NCBI RefSeq assembly: GCF_000023965.1
Contig: NC_013202.1
Span: 1,110,001 to 1,142,000 of the forward strand
Origin: Halomicrobium mukohataei DSM 12286
GTDB lineage: Archaea > Halobacteriota > Halobacteria > Halobacteriales > Haloarculaceae
Direction of reading: 5' to 3'
Length of the DNA: 32,000 nucleotides
The notes under the pieces were generated by a model that saw only the letters and a program-made list of their open reading frames with translations, did not search any database and was not told the DNA's origin. The position numbers and the translations under genes were made by a program. Below are positions 1-8,013 of the stretch, in pieces. The number at the start of each line of letters is the position of its first letter. Within the stretch, counting starts at the first letter, position 1.

Positions 1-22
1 GTCCGATACGTCACGCCAAAGC

Positions 23-901
23 TCACTCGACGGCGTCCCAGCCCGGCGTCGGCGGTGCACCGTCGTCGTCCTCGATCTTGCGTGCGCAGTCGGGGTCCGG
101 TGCCGGCTCGCCGACCGCGTCGGCGATCGTCTGCCAGCGCTCGATCGTTCGCCCGGTCCACGACGGTGCGTCCCGTGCGCGCTCGTGGTACCGCTCGTAC
201 CAGTCGTCGCTGACGGCCCCGGTCCCGGGTGCGGAGGCAGCCGCGACGGCGACGAACTCCGCGCGGTCGGCGGCCGTCAGCTCGTCGGCGACGAGGCGAG
301 ACACGACGCCGGAGAGGCGCTCGGGCTCGGGGTGTGCGAACAGCTTCGAACCCAGCGCGGCCGGGCCGAGCAACGGCGTAGCGCCGTCCGGCGGTTCGTC
401 GTCCCGGAGTCGCTCGCCAGCGGCCTCGCCGGGTGCGTGCGCCTCGACGCGCTCGCACTCGGTCTCGACGGCCAGCGAGAGGTTCTCGCCGGGGTAGGCT
501 CCACAGGTGTCCGGATACAGCTCGCCGCCGTGGAGCCGACACTGCAGGGTCACGGGATCGAGGAAGACACAGCTCTCCAGCCAGGTGGGGTCGGCGTCGA
601 ACGGCGCGACGGGTTTGGGCGGCTTGCGAAGGCCGACGTAGAACGCCGGCCGACCGTCGATCGCGGCGACGCTGTGCCCGTCGATTCTGACGCCGTCGTC
701 GTCGGCGAACAGGCGGGGCGTGAGGGCGTCGCCGTGACCGCGGTCGACGAACGCACGCACCTCGGCGCGGGTCAGCGGGACGAGGTTGGCGGTCTCGTCG
801 AGCGGCTGGCGACTGCCGCGCCGCTCGTGATCGATGTCGGCGTCGGTCAGGGGCCGCCAGTCGATACAGCAGCCGGCACACCCCTCGCAGTCGACTCTCA
901 T
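23..901 (-). CDS. YkgJ-type cysteine-cluster (CxxCxxCC) protein, putative metal-binding
   Basis: 292-aa ORF. The N-terminus MRVDCEGCAGCCIDW carries the CxxCxxCC signature, with further Cys at CVFLD, LQCRLHG and DTCGAYPG. Composition is acidic. Competing + strand ORFs 78..497 and 185..2281 are Arg/Ser-rich GC artefacts. Confidence 0.7.
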   Translation of the reverse strand: MRVDCEGCAGCCIDWRPLTDADIDHERRGSRQPLDETANLVPLTRAEVRAFVDRGHGDALTPRLFADDDGVRIDGHSVAAIDGRPAFYVGLRKPPKPVAPFDADPTWLESCVFLDPVTLQCRLHGGELYPDTCGAYPGENLSLAVETECERVEAHAPGEAAGERLRDDEPPDGATPLLGPAALGSKLFAHPEPERLSGVVSRLVADELTAADRAEFVAVAAASAPGTGAVSDDWYERYHERARDAPSWTGRTIERWQTIADAVGEPAPDPDCARKIEDDDGAPPTPGWDAVE

Positions 902-949
902 GTTCGACCGTTCGGGCGTGCGGGAGAAAAGGCCCCGTCCCGAGACGCC

Positions 950-1354
950 CTAGGCGAACTCGCCCGTCGTGTCTGTCGAGGAGACCATCCCGACGTAGTC
1001 GCCGTGATCGTCCATCACCGGGAGGTGTTTGATGCCGAAGTTGGTCATCATGGCCGCGGCCTCGTTGAGTTCCGTCGTCGTCTCGACGCGCTCGACGGGA
1101 GAGGTCATCACGTCCGCGACTCGGGTTTCCGTGAGGTCCGCGCCCTCGGCGACGGCGTGGACCACGTCGGTCGTCGTGACGATCCCGGCGTCCGCTCCCG
1201 GGACGAAGAGCCCGTTGACGTTCGATTCGCGCATCTGCTCGGCGACGGCCCGGACGGTCGCGTTCGGGCTCGTCGTCTCCAGCGGTGTCGACATCACGTC
1301 CTCGACGAGGACAGTGTCGGAACTCATACCACGACTGTCGTGGCCAACTGTCAT
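950..1354 (-). CDS. CBS-domain pair protein
   Basis: Two CBS-like modules (VEDVMSTPLETTSPNATVRAVAEQM and VADVMTSPVERVETTTELNEAAAMMTNFGIKHLPVMD). Track ORF 950..1477 is trimmed to ATG 1354 (MTVGHDS; alternative ATG 1327, MSSDTV) because the first 41 codons are Arg-rich and run into the divergent reductase gene. Confidence 0.8.
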   Translation of the reverse strand: MTVGHDSRGMSSDTVLVEDVMSTPLETTSPNATVRAVAEQMRESNVNGLFVPGADAGIVTTTDVVHAVAEGADLTETRVADVMTSPVERVETTTELNEAAAMMTNFGIKHLPVMDDHGDYVGMVSSTDTTGEFA

Positions 1355-1412
1355 TGTCCTTTCCCTCCTTCGACGCCGCGACGTTCTTTGTGGTCCCGGC
1401 GCAACGTCGGCT

Positions 1413-2246
1413 ATGGAACACGTCGAAGCCGGCGGCGCGTCGATCCCGAAGATCGGACTCGGAACGTGGCAAAACACCGGGACAGCGTGTACCGAGACGG
1501 TTCGGACCGCTCTGGATCTCGGCTATCGACACGTCGACACCGCGCAGGTGTACGACAACGAGCGGGCGGTCGGCGAGGGGATCGCCGCGGCCGACGTGGA
1601 TCGCGACGACATCTTCCTGACGACGAAGGTGTGGCGCTCGAACCTCCGGCGCGAGACGGTCGTCTCGACGGTCGAAGAGAGTCTGGCGAAACTCGGCGTC
1701 GACTACGTGGACCTGCTGTTGATCCACTGGCCCCACCCGCGAGTTCCCGTCGAGGAGCCCCTCGACGCGATGGCCGAACTGCGCGAGCGGGGACTGGTCG
1801 AACACCTCGGCGTGAGCAACTTCACGCGGTCGCAGCTCCGGGCGGCCGCCGACGCCGTCGACGGCCCGATCGTCGCCGATCAGGTGCTGTACCATCCCTA
1901 CAAGGAGCAGTCGGCGCTGCGAGAGTACTGCGTCGACGCGGGGATCGCACTGACGGCCTACAGCCCGCTCGCGCGGGGGCGAGTCCTCGGAGACGATCTG
2001 TTGGCCCGGATCGGCGACCGCTACGACCGGAGTCCGGCACAGGTCGCGCTGCGCTGGCTGGTCCAGCAGGACGGCGTCGTCGCCATCCCGAAGAGCACCA
2101 GCCGCGATCACCTGGCCGACAACCTCGCAGTCTTCGAGTTCTCCCTGACCGACGACGAGATGGCCCGCATCCACGAGCTGGAGGGTGGCTTCAAGACGAA
2201 GCTTCGCAACCGTCTGCCCGCGCTGATGCGCCGGCTGCCCGTCTGA
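1413..2246 (+). CDS. aldo/keto reductase (2,5-diketo-D-gluconate reductase-like)
   Basis: From ATG 1413 (MEHVEAGGASIPKIGLGTWQ) the AKR signatures are GLGTWQ, LDLGYRHVDTAQVYDNE, DLLLIHWP and IPKSTSRDHLADN. The first 128 codons of track ORF 1029..2246 are antisense to the CBS gene. Confidence 0.9.
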   Translation: MEHVEAGGASIPKIGLGTWQNTGTACTETVRTALDLGYRHVDTAQVYDNERAVGEGIAAADVDRDDIFLTTKVWRSNLRRETVVSTVEESLAKLGVDYVDLLLIHWPHPRVPVEEPLDAMAELRERGLVEHLGVSNFTRSQLRAAADAVDGPIVADQVLYHPYKEQSALREYCVDAGIALTAYSPLARGRVLGDDLLARIGDRYDRSPAQVALRWLVQQDGVVAIPKSTSRDHLADNLAVFEFSLTDDEMARIHELEGGFKTKLRNRLPALMRRLPV

Positions 2247-2285
2247 TAGCGGTCGGCGTCGCGATCGACGGGTGGGTGTAGCGAC

Positions 2286-2371
2286 CTATAGTAGCCATTG
2301 AAAATCAATGCACACCCGATCGCACGACAGCAGTGCGATCGGTGTGTAAATCGTTTCAATTGTTACTATAG
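2286..2371. other. nested inverted-repeat / hairpin cluster (possible small structured RNA or terminator element)
   Basis: Outer 8-bp inverted repeat CTATAGTA (2286-2293) / TACTATAG (2364-2371) encloses two hairpins. One is CATTGA-AAA-TCAATG (2296-2310). The other is a 14-bp stem with one bulge, CACACCCGATCGCAC / GTGCGATCGGTGTG (2311-2325 / 2333-2346), with loop GACAGCA. The cluster sits 40 nt downstream of the AKR stop in an AT-richer spacer. Confidence 0.3.
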
Positions 2372-2770
2372 CGGTGAGCGGCTCTCCCGTGGCGACGGCC
2401 ATCGGGAAGCGAGGAGTCCGTCCGAGACCGTCGTTCGGTCGGTGTGTCTCGCCTTTCGCTGGTCACTATACCTGTACTAGGTCCTCTCAGAGACCCCCAT
2501 CCATTAGTTCCCCTGGTAGGGAATCACTATCAGTAGCGAGTCGAACTGCTGGTACCGTGTACTGCACGCCACGATCTGTGATCGGGTCGTCCGGCCGACA
2601 GCCGACGCCGTTTGTCCGACGGCCGGCGACAGCTATCGCGCCGGCCGTCTCCGTCTCACGAAGAGCGCTCTCCCGAGGGCGGGACAGCCGGCACACCCGT
2701 GAGCCCGGCGGTGTCCGCCCCCCGGAGCGACACGGTCGCGGTTCGCGCTCGCCGCCGGGCGGTGGTCGCC

Positions 2771-3619
2771 GTGAGTGACTCGAACCGCAGCCCGTCCGAC
2801 GCTGCACTGGCCCGCGAGGGCTCCGATCTTGCGACCGAGCCGGAGGCGGTCCAGGGACTCCGCGAGCAGTTGCCCCGCTTCGTCGAACGGACGCTCGAAC
2901 GGGCCGGTGCCGAGGGCGTCGTCGTCGCGCTGGACGGGCGCGTCGGTTCGACGGTCGCGGCGGTGCTGGCGATCGAGGCCGTCGGCGTCGATCGGGTCTG
3001 CGGTCTCGTGTTGCCGGCCAACATGAACGACGAGGCTTCGGCCAGGGCGGCGGAGGCGGTCGCGTCGATGCTGTCGATCGAGTACGAGCGACTCCAGTTG
3101 CGCCCGCTGCTCTCGGCGTTCCAGCGCGTGCTCGGTGCCAGTGGGGAACCGGCCGACGACGTCGTCGCGCTCGACAACGCAGGCGAACGGTTCCGGATGG
3201 CGTGTCTGTACTACGTCGCCAACACGACCGATCGACTCGTGCTCGGCTCCGTCGATCGCACCCGGCGGCTCCTGGGATCGACGACGAAACACGGGGACGA
3301 CGGCGTCGACCTCGCGCCGCTGGCACCGCTCTACCGCACCGAGGTGCGAGCGCTCGCGAGAGCGGTCGACGTGCCGTCGGATATCCTCGACCGGTCGACG
3401 CGGACGGCGGGACGCGCCGACAGCGACCCGGAGCAACTCGGCGTCGACCCCGAGACTCTCGACGAGATCCTCCACGCTCTCGTCGACGAAGCGCAACCAC
3501 CGGCCGCCGTCGCCGAGCGACTCGCCGTCGATCGAGCGACGGTCCAGCGGGTCCGGCAGTGGCGAGAAACCACCAGACACAAGCGCCGCCCGCCGCTGAC
3601 GCCGTCGATCGATCTCTAG
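2771..3619 (+). CDS. NAD+ synthetase (NadE)-like PP-loop family protein with degenerate catalytic motifs
   Basis: Collinear with NH3-dependent NadE (GVVVALDGRVGSTVAAVLAIEAVG.., VLPANMNDE, RFRMACLYYVAN, LAPLAPLYRTEVRALA, C-terminal HKRRPP), but the SGGxDS position reads DGRVGS. The start is uncertain: I chose GTG 2771 (VSDSNRS); the track start 2612 would add 53 Arg/Ser-rich residues. Confidence 0.7.
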   Translation: MSDSNRSPSDAALAREGSDLATEPEAVQGLREQLPRFVERTLERAGAEGVVVALDGRVGSTVAAVLAIEAVGVDRVCGLVLPANMNDEASARAAEAVASMLSIEYERLQLRPLLSAFQRVLGASGEPADDVVALDNAGERFRMACLYYVANTTDRLVLGSVDRTRRLLGSTTKHGDDGVDLAPLAPLYRTEVRALARAVDVPSDILDRSTRTAGRADSDPEQLGVDPETLDEILHALVDEAQPPAAVAERLAVDRATVQRVRQWRETTRHKRRPPLTPSIDL

Positions 3620-3671
3620 TAGTCACGACCACGAAACTCATGGTTGCTGACCGTCAACAGACAATTAACGA

Positions 3672-4202
3672 ATGAACGCGAACGACATCGACCTCTCTCC
3701 GACGCAGACTCAGCTCGTAACGACGCTCATCAACGAACACGAGACCGCGGACGGCCCGGTCACGAGCGGTCAGGTCGCCGAGATACTGGACCGCAGCTCG
3801 GGCACGGTCCAGAACCAGCTCACGACCCTCCAGTCGATCGGGCTCGTCGAGAGCGTCCAGGGGCCCACCGGCGGGTACGAGCCGACGCCAGCGGCGTTCG
3901 CCGCGATCGGTCGCGAGCCGATGGACGACGCCGAGACGGTGACCGTCTCGCAGGCGTTCGACCGGATCGACGCCACGGTCGAGGAGATCGACCTGACCAA
4001 CGTCCATCACCCGACGGAGTGTACGGCACACGTCTCCCTCCAGGGGACCCTCGACAGTATCGAGGTCGGTGATCCGGTCGTCGTCGGGCCGACGCCCAGC
4101 GCCGATCTGGTCGTCGCGGGCGAAGTGACGGCCGTCTCCGAGACCGCCGACGAGCTGGTGCTCGCCGTTCGACGCATGGACGCGCCGGTAACCGAGGAGT
4201 AG
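3672..4202 (+). CDS. winged-helix (HTH) DNA-binding protein, haloarchaeal conserved
   Basis: 176-aa acidic ORF. The N-terminal LSPTQTQLVTTLINEHETADGPVTSGQVAEILDRSSGTVQNQLTTLQSIGLVESVQGPTGGYEPT has the look of a wHTH (recognition helix plus wing). I do not recognise the C-terminal ~90 aa. Overlapping ORFs are Arg-rich. Confidence 0.65.
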   Translation: MNANDIDLSPTQTQLVTTLINEHETADGPVTSGQVAEILDRSSGTVQNQLTTLQSIGLVESVQGPTGGYEPTPAAFAAIGREPMDDAETVTVSQAFDRIDATVEEIDLTNVHHPTECTAHVSLQGTLDSIEVGDPVVVGPTPSADLVVAGEVTAVSETADELVLAVRRMDAPVTEE

Positions 4203-4397
4203 ATGACGGCGACCTCGCCGCGGTGGCGTCGTCGCAGCGAAAACCAGTCGTGATGCAAAGAGCGTGGCGTCTCGTTCTCACACCGTCGGCTGTCACGGCG
4301 TGACGGACAACGGTCTCATACGGACGGTTGTCGTTGCGTAGCGATGCGCGTCGCCACGGAGGAGACGGTCACCGGGACAGTCCGACAACCATTCGTA

Positions 4398-4679
4398 TCA
4401 CAGCGGGGCGATGCTGACGGTCACGGTACCGACGCCGGGGACGGTGACCCGACGAGGCGTATCGTTCGTCCGGCGGACCAGCGCGGCCAGTCCGAACTGC
4501 GTGCCTTTCACCGCGAGTGCCGTCGCGGCGAGCGCCGTCGCGGCCGCGAGCGGATAGCTCAGGGCGACGAGAGCGGCGACGAGGAGGACGGGGAAACCGA
4601 CCAGCGTCGCGAACGACGGGGAATTGACTGCGGGACCACGCTCGGATCGTGTGCGAAGATGGGATGTGTTCGATGACAT
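4398..4679 (-). CDS. small hypothetical membrane protein
   Basis: 93 aa with two hydrophobic segments (FATLVGFPVLLVAALVALSYPLAAATALAATALAV). The antisense + ORF 4344..4676 is an R/D/E-rich low-complexity product. A hand count of GC by codon position over 60 nt does not discriminate the two frames, so confidence is low. Confidence 0.4.
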   Translation of the reverse strand: MSSNTSHLRTRSERGPAVNSPSFATLVGFPVLLVAALVALSYPLAAATALAATALAVKGTQFGLAALVRRTNDTPRRVTVPGVGTVTVSIAPL

Positions 4680-5049
4680 TGTGAGTGCTCCGTGGGGGCG
4701 AGCGGTCGCGGGACCACTGCCGTACCTACAACGATACTCTCGCCATACAAAAAGTTTCAGAAAGCCGATTGGTTTTGAGAGGTGGTACCATTACACATTC
4801 TGTAGAAATGCTTTTCACGCTCCGAAATGCGGTGCAACAGTTACCACGGTATTCGATTTCTCAACTCTGCTTTCTTATATTTCATCTCGTAGTACCCTGG
4901 CGACGGGGCCGTGTCGTCTCCGTCGATCCGGCTCTCTGCTCGGGTGTCGGTCGCGACGCCGTCGGGTCTCGCCCCGCCGCGAGGTGGGTAGCTGTACGCC
5001 GTTCGAAATCCTTTTACGCGCTTCAGGGGCAATGTAGGGACAACGAACC

Positions 5050-5355
5050 ATGGAAATCGACATCATCAAAGAAGACGACAACCCGATGTTACACCGGACC
5101 GACGTTCGGTTCGAGGTGCGACACGACGAGGCGACGCCGTCGCGACTCTCCGTGCGCGACTCGCTCGCGGCCAAGCTCAACAAGGACGCCGAAGAAGTCG
5201 TCGTCCACGAGCTCGACACGAAGTTCGGGATGCGAAAGACCGTCGGCTACGCGAAAGTGTACGACGCGCCCGAGTTCGCCCGCGAGGTCGAGCAGGACCA
5301 CATGCTCGAACGCAACAAGATCGTCGCCGACGGCGAGTCGGGTGAGGAGGCATAA
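5050..5355 (+). CDS. rps24e: 30S ribosomal protein S24e
   Basis: 101 aa, [32 protein letters not shown]...GYAKVYD, characteristic S24e sequence. It is followed 1 nt later by S27ae, as in other archaea. Confidence 0.95.
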   Translation: MEIDIIKEDDNPMLHRTDVRFEVRHDEATPSRLSVRDSLAAKLNKDAEEVVVHELDTKFGMRKTVGYAKVYDAPEFAREVEQDHMLERNKIVADGESGEEA

Positions 5356-5356
5356 G

Positions 5357-5491
5357 ATGGCCCGTCACGAGTACTACAGCGACGACGGTCAGATCGAACG
5401 CGAGCAGTGCCCCCGGTGTGGCGACACCTTCCTCGCCGAGCACGACGACCGCAAACACTGCGGCAAGTGCGGCTACACCGAGTGGGAGTAA
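5357..5491 (+). CDS. rps27ae: 30S ribosomal protein S27ae (zinc ribbon)
   Basis: ATG at 5357. The 44-aa product is [44 protein letters not shown] with a CxxC...CxxC zinc ribbon. In the track it is hidden in the tail of spurious ORF 4685..5491. Confidence 0.9.
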   Translation: MARHEYYSDDGQIEREQCPRCGDTFLAEHDDRKHCGKCGYTEWE

Positions 5492-5512
5492 CGCCCGCAT
5501 AGCGGCTTCACA

Positions 5513-7159
5513 ATGCGCGTTCTCGGCATCGAAGGCACAGCCTGGGCAGCCAGTGCTGCGATCTTCGAGGCGGACGAAAGTGAGCTTCGAGATCCCTCGG
5601 CGGCCGCCAGTGGCGACCACGTCTTCATCGAGACCGACGCCTACCAGCCCGACAGCGGCGGCATCCACCCCCGCGAGGCCGCCGAACACATGGGCGAGGC
5701 GATCCCCAAGGTCGTCGAGCGCGCGCTCGACCACGCCCGCGAGCGAGCGCCCGACACGGAGACGGGCCCGCCCATCGACGCCGTCGCCTTCTCGCGTGGC
5801 CCCGGCCTGGGTCCGTGTCTGCGCATCGTCGGGACGGCGGCCCGAGCCGTCGCCCAGCGGTTCGACGTGGCGCTGGTCGGCGTCAACCACATGGTCGCAC
5901 ACCTCGAAGTCGGACGCTACTTCTCGGGGTTTTCCTCGCCCATCTGCCTGAACGCCTCGGGTGCCAACGCGCACGTCCTCGGGTACCGCTCGGGACGGTA
6001 CCGCGTGCTCGGCGAGACGATGGACACCGGCGTCGGCAACGCCATCGACAAGTTCACGCGCCACGTCGGCTGGTCTCACCCCGGCGGTCCCAAGGTCGAA
6101 GATCACGCGACGCGCGGGACGTACGTCGATCTCCCCTACGTCGTCAAGGGGATGGACTTCTCGTTCTCGGGAATCATGTCCGCCGCCAAGCAGGCCACCG
6201 ACCGTGGTACGCCGGTCGAGGACGTCTGTCGCGGGCTCGAAGAGACGATCTTCGCGATGCTGACCGAAGTCGCCGAGCGCGCCCTCTCGCTGACTGACGC
6301 CGACGAACTCGTCCTCGGGGGCGGCGTCGGCCAGAACGAGCGCCTCCGATCGATGCTCGCGGAGATGTGTACGCAGCGCGGTGCGGAGTTCTACGCGCCG
6401 GAACCGCGCTTTCTCCGGGACAACGCCGGGATGATCGCGATTCTGGGCGCGCGGATGTACGCGGCCGGCGACACGCTGTCGATACCCGACTCCGGCATCG
6501 ACTCGGACTTCCGGCCCGATCAGGTCGAGGTGACCTGGGATGCGGGCGAACCGGTCGCTCGCGTCGGCGGCGACGCCGACGAGATTCAGGGGGCCGAGGC
6601 GCTCGTCCGCTTCGAGGGCGACCGCGTGATCAAGGAGCGCCGTCCCCGCTCGTATCGCCACCCGAAGCTGGACGAACGGCTGCGTTCGGAGCGCACCAGA
6701 CAGGAGGCCCGCCTCACCAGCGAGGCCCGCCGGCACGGCGTTCCGACGCCAGTGATACACGACGTCGACCCACGGGACGCCCGGATCGTCTTCCAGCGAG
6801 TCGGCGATCGAGAACTGCGCGACGGGCTGACCGAGGAGCGGGTGCGGGCGGTCGGGCGACAGCTCGCTGCGATCCACGACGCCGGCTTCGTCCACGGCGA
6901 TCCGACGACGCGGAACGTCCGCGTCGGGGCGGGCGATCCGGGCGTCTTCCTCATCGACTTCGGACTGGGCTACTACACGCGAGACACCGAGGACCACGCG
7001 ATGGACCTGCACGTCCTCGATCAGTCGCTGGCCGGCACCACTGACGACGCCGAGCGACTCCGTGCCGCCGTGGCCGACGCCTATCGGACCGCGAGCGAAC
7101 GCGACGACACCGTCCTCGACCGTCTCGACGCGATCGAGGATCGCGGCCGATACCAGTGA
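5513..7159 (+). CDS. kae1: bifunctional Kae1/Bud32 (tRNA t6A threonylcarbamoyltransferase fused to Bud32 kinase)
   Basis: 548 aa. The N-terminal Kae1/OSGEP part has MRVLGIEGTA, GVNHMVAHLE and GGGVGQNERL. The C-terminal Bud32 part has FVHGDPTTRN (catalytic loop) and LIDFGLG (DFG-like). It lies in the conserved position after rps24e-rps27ae. Confidence 0.95.
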   Translation: MRVLGIEGTAWAASAAIFEADESELRDPSAAASGDHVFIETDAYQPDSGGIHPREAAEHMGEAIPKVVERALDHARERAPDTETGPPIDAVAFSRGPGLGPCLRIVGTAARAVAQRFDVALVGVNHMVAHLEVGRYFSGFSSPICLNASGANAHVLGYRSGRYRVLGETMDTGVGNAIDKFTRHVGWSHPGGPKVEDHATRGTYVDLPYVVKGMDFSFSGIMSAAKQATDRGTPVEDVCRGLEETIFAMLTEVAERALSLTDADELVLGGGVGQNERLRSMLAEMCTQRGAEFYAPEPRFLRDNAGMIAILGARMYAAGDTLSIPDSGIDSDFRPDQVEVTWDAGEPVARVGGDADEIQGAEALVRFEGDRVIKERRPRSYRHPKLDERLRSERTRQEARLTSEARRHGVPTPVIHDVDPRDARIVFQRVGDRELRDGLTEERVRAVGRQLAAIHDAGFVHGDPTTRNVRVGAGDPGVFLIDFGLGYYTRDTEDHAMDLHVLDQSLAGTTDDAERLRAAVADAYRTASERDDTVLDRLDAIEDRGRYQ

Positions 7160-7192
7160 AAATTAAGTGGGCCCCGCCAGACCGCTCCTGAC

Positions 7193-7654
7193 ATGGACGA
7201 CGCACTCGTCGTACTCGATACGGACGAACGTGGTCGCGAACTGTTGACCGAGGCCGCGCAGCTGGCCGGTGGCGCGGACGCGCGCCTCCACGTGCTCTCC
7301 CTGCTCACCCACGAGGCGTTCGAAGAGAAACGCGAGTCTCTCGACGCCGTGGCCGCGGAGGAACACACGAGCTACGACGACGGCGTGATCATGGACGACG
7401 TTCACCAGGACGCCGAAGCAGCCGTCGAGGAGGTCGTCGGCGACTACGACGTCGAGTGGGACGTCGTCGCGGGACGCGTCGGACAGGCCGAAAACGAGGC
7501 CGACCGCATCCTCGAAGCCGCCGCGGACAACGACATCGACCACGTGTTTCTCACCGGCGACCAGCGATCGCCAACCGGCAAGGCGGTGTTCGGTGACCGG
7601 GCCCAGGCCGTGATCATCAACTTCGACGGCCCCGTGACCTCGCTGCTGGGCTGA
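7193..7654 (+). CDS. universal stress protein (UspA family)
   Basis: 153 aa with USP-like layout: ALVVLDTDERGRELLTEAAQLA..., a central acidic region, and C-terminal IDHVFLTGDQRSPTGKAVFGDRAQAVI. Confidence 0.8.
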   Translation: MDDALVVLDTDERGRELLTEAAQLAGGADARLHVLSLLTHEAFEEKRESLDAVAAEEHTSYDDGVIMDDVHQDAEAAVEEVVGDYDVEWDVVAGRVGQAENEADRILEAAADNDIDHVFLTGDQRSPTGKAVFGDRAQAVIINFDGPVTSLLG

Positions 7655-7696
7655 GCGAGGAAAAACGACTTAACGCGGCGTGCCGTACCGGATTCC

Positions 7697-7966
7697 ATGG
7701 CCGACAAACCACAGTCCGGCGAACTCTTCGGAGTGCCGTACAACTTCGAACGCCCGAGCGTTCGACGGATGCTGTCCTCGTACTGGCAACCCGGCGACTC
7801 GATGCTCGTCGAGAAACCGTTCGGGATCGGGTACTCGCTGAACCTCGCCAACTGGCGCTCCTGGGTCGTCCTCGCGGTCGTCGGCGCACTGGTCTGGCAA
7901 GAGCAGGGCGGCATCGAGGAGGAGCCAGACGCCGAGGACGAAGCGGTCGAAGTCGTCGTCGACTGA
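7697..7966 (+). CDS. small membrane protein (DUF5808-like)
   Basis: 89 aa: GVPYNFERPSVRRMLSSYWQPGD...FGIGYSLNLANW followed by one TM (SWVVLAVVGALVW) and an acidic tail. The family name is from memory of similar haloarchaeal proteins. Confidence 0.6.
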   Translation: MADKPQSGELFGVPYNFERPSVRRMLSSYWQPGDSMLVEKPFGIGYSLNLANWRSWVVLAVVGALVWQEQGGIEEEPDAEDEAVEVVVD

Positions 7967-8013
7967 GTCGCGAACATCGACGGCTATTTTCCCGTCCTCG
8001 CCCGACTCGCGGT

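Noticed and set aside
2370-2610. SRP (7S) RNA or RNase P RNA in the AKR/NadE-like spacer, prompted by CGGGAAGCGAGGAGTCCG.
   Set aside because: The resemblance to the helix-8 GGAA-AGCA motif or to the GAGGAAAGUCC CR-I box is only partial. I could not build the flanking conserved helices, and the region is too short for a haloarchaeal RNase P RNA.
4344-4676. + strand ORF (110 aa) antisense to the small membrane-protein call.
   Set aside because: The product is an R/D/E/G low-complexity string. The opposite-strand frame gives a plausible two-TM protein, although codon-position GC does not clearly separate the two, so the accepted call has low confidence.
4754-4782. Single sequence GTTTCAGAAAGCCGATTGGTTTTGAGAGG resembling haloarchaeal type I-B CRISPR repeats (GTTTCAGA...TTG..G.TTGA.G).
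   Set aside because: There is only one copy, no second repeat at spacer distance and no cas genes. The resemblance rests on my memory of a consensus and is within chance for an AT-rich spacer.
4899-4978. tRNA-sized (80 nt) element closed by a 10-bp stem upstream of rps24e.
   Set aside because: It has no D-arm or T-arm consensus (no GGTTCGAATCC-like T-loop) and no cloverleaf that I can draw. It is kept only as part of the low-interest finding on this spacer.
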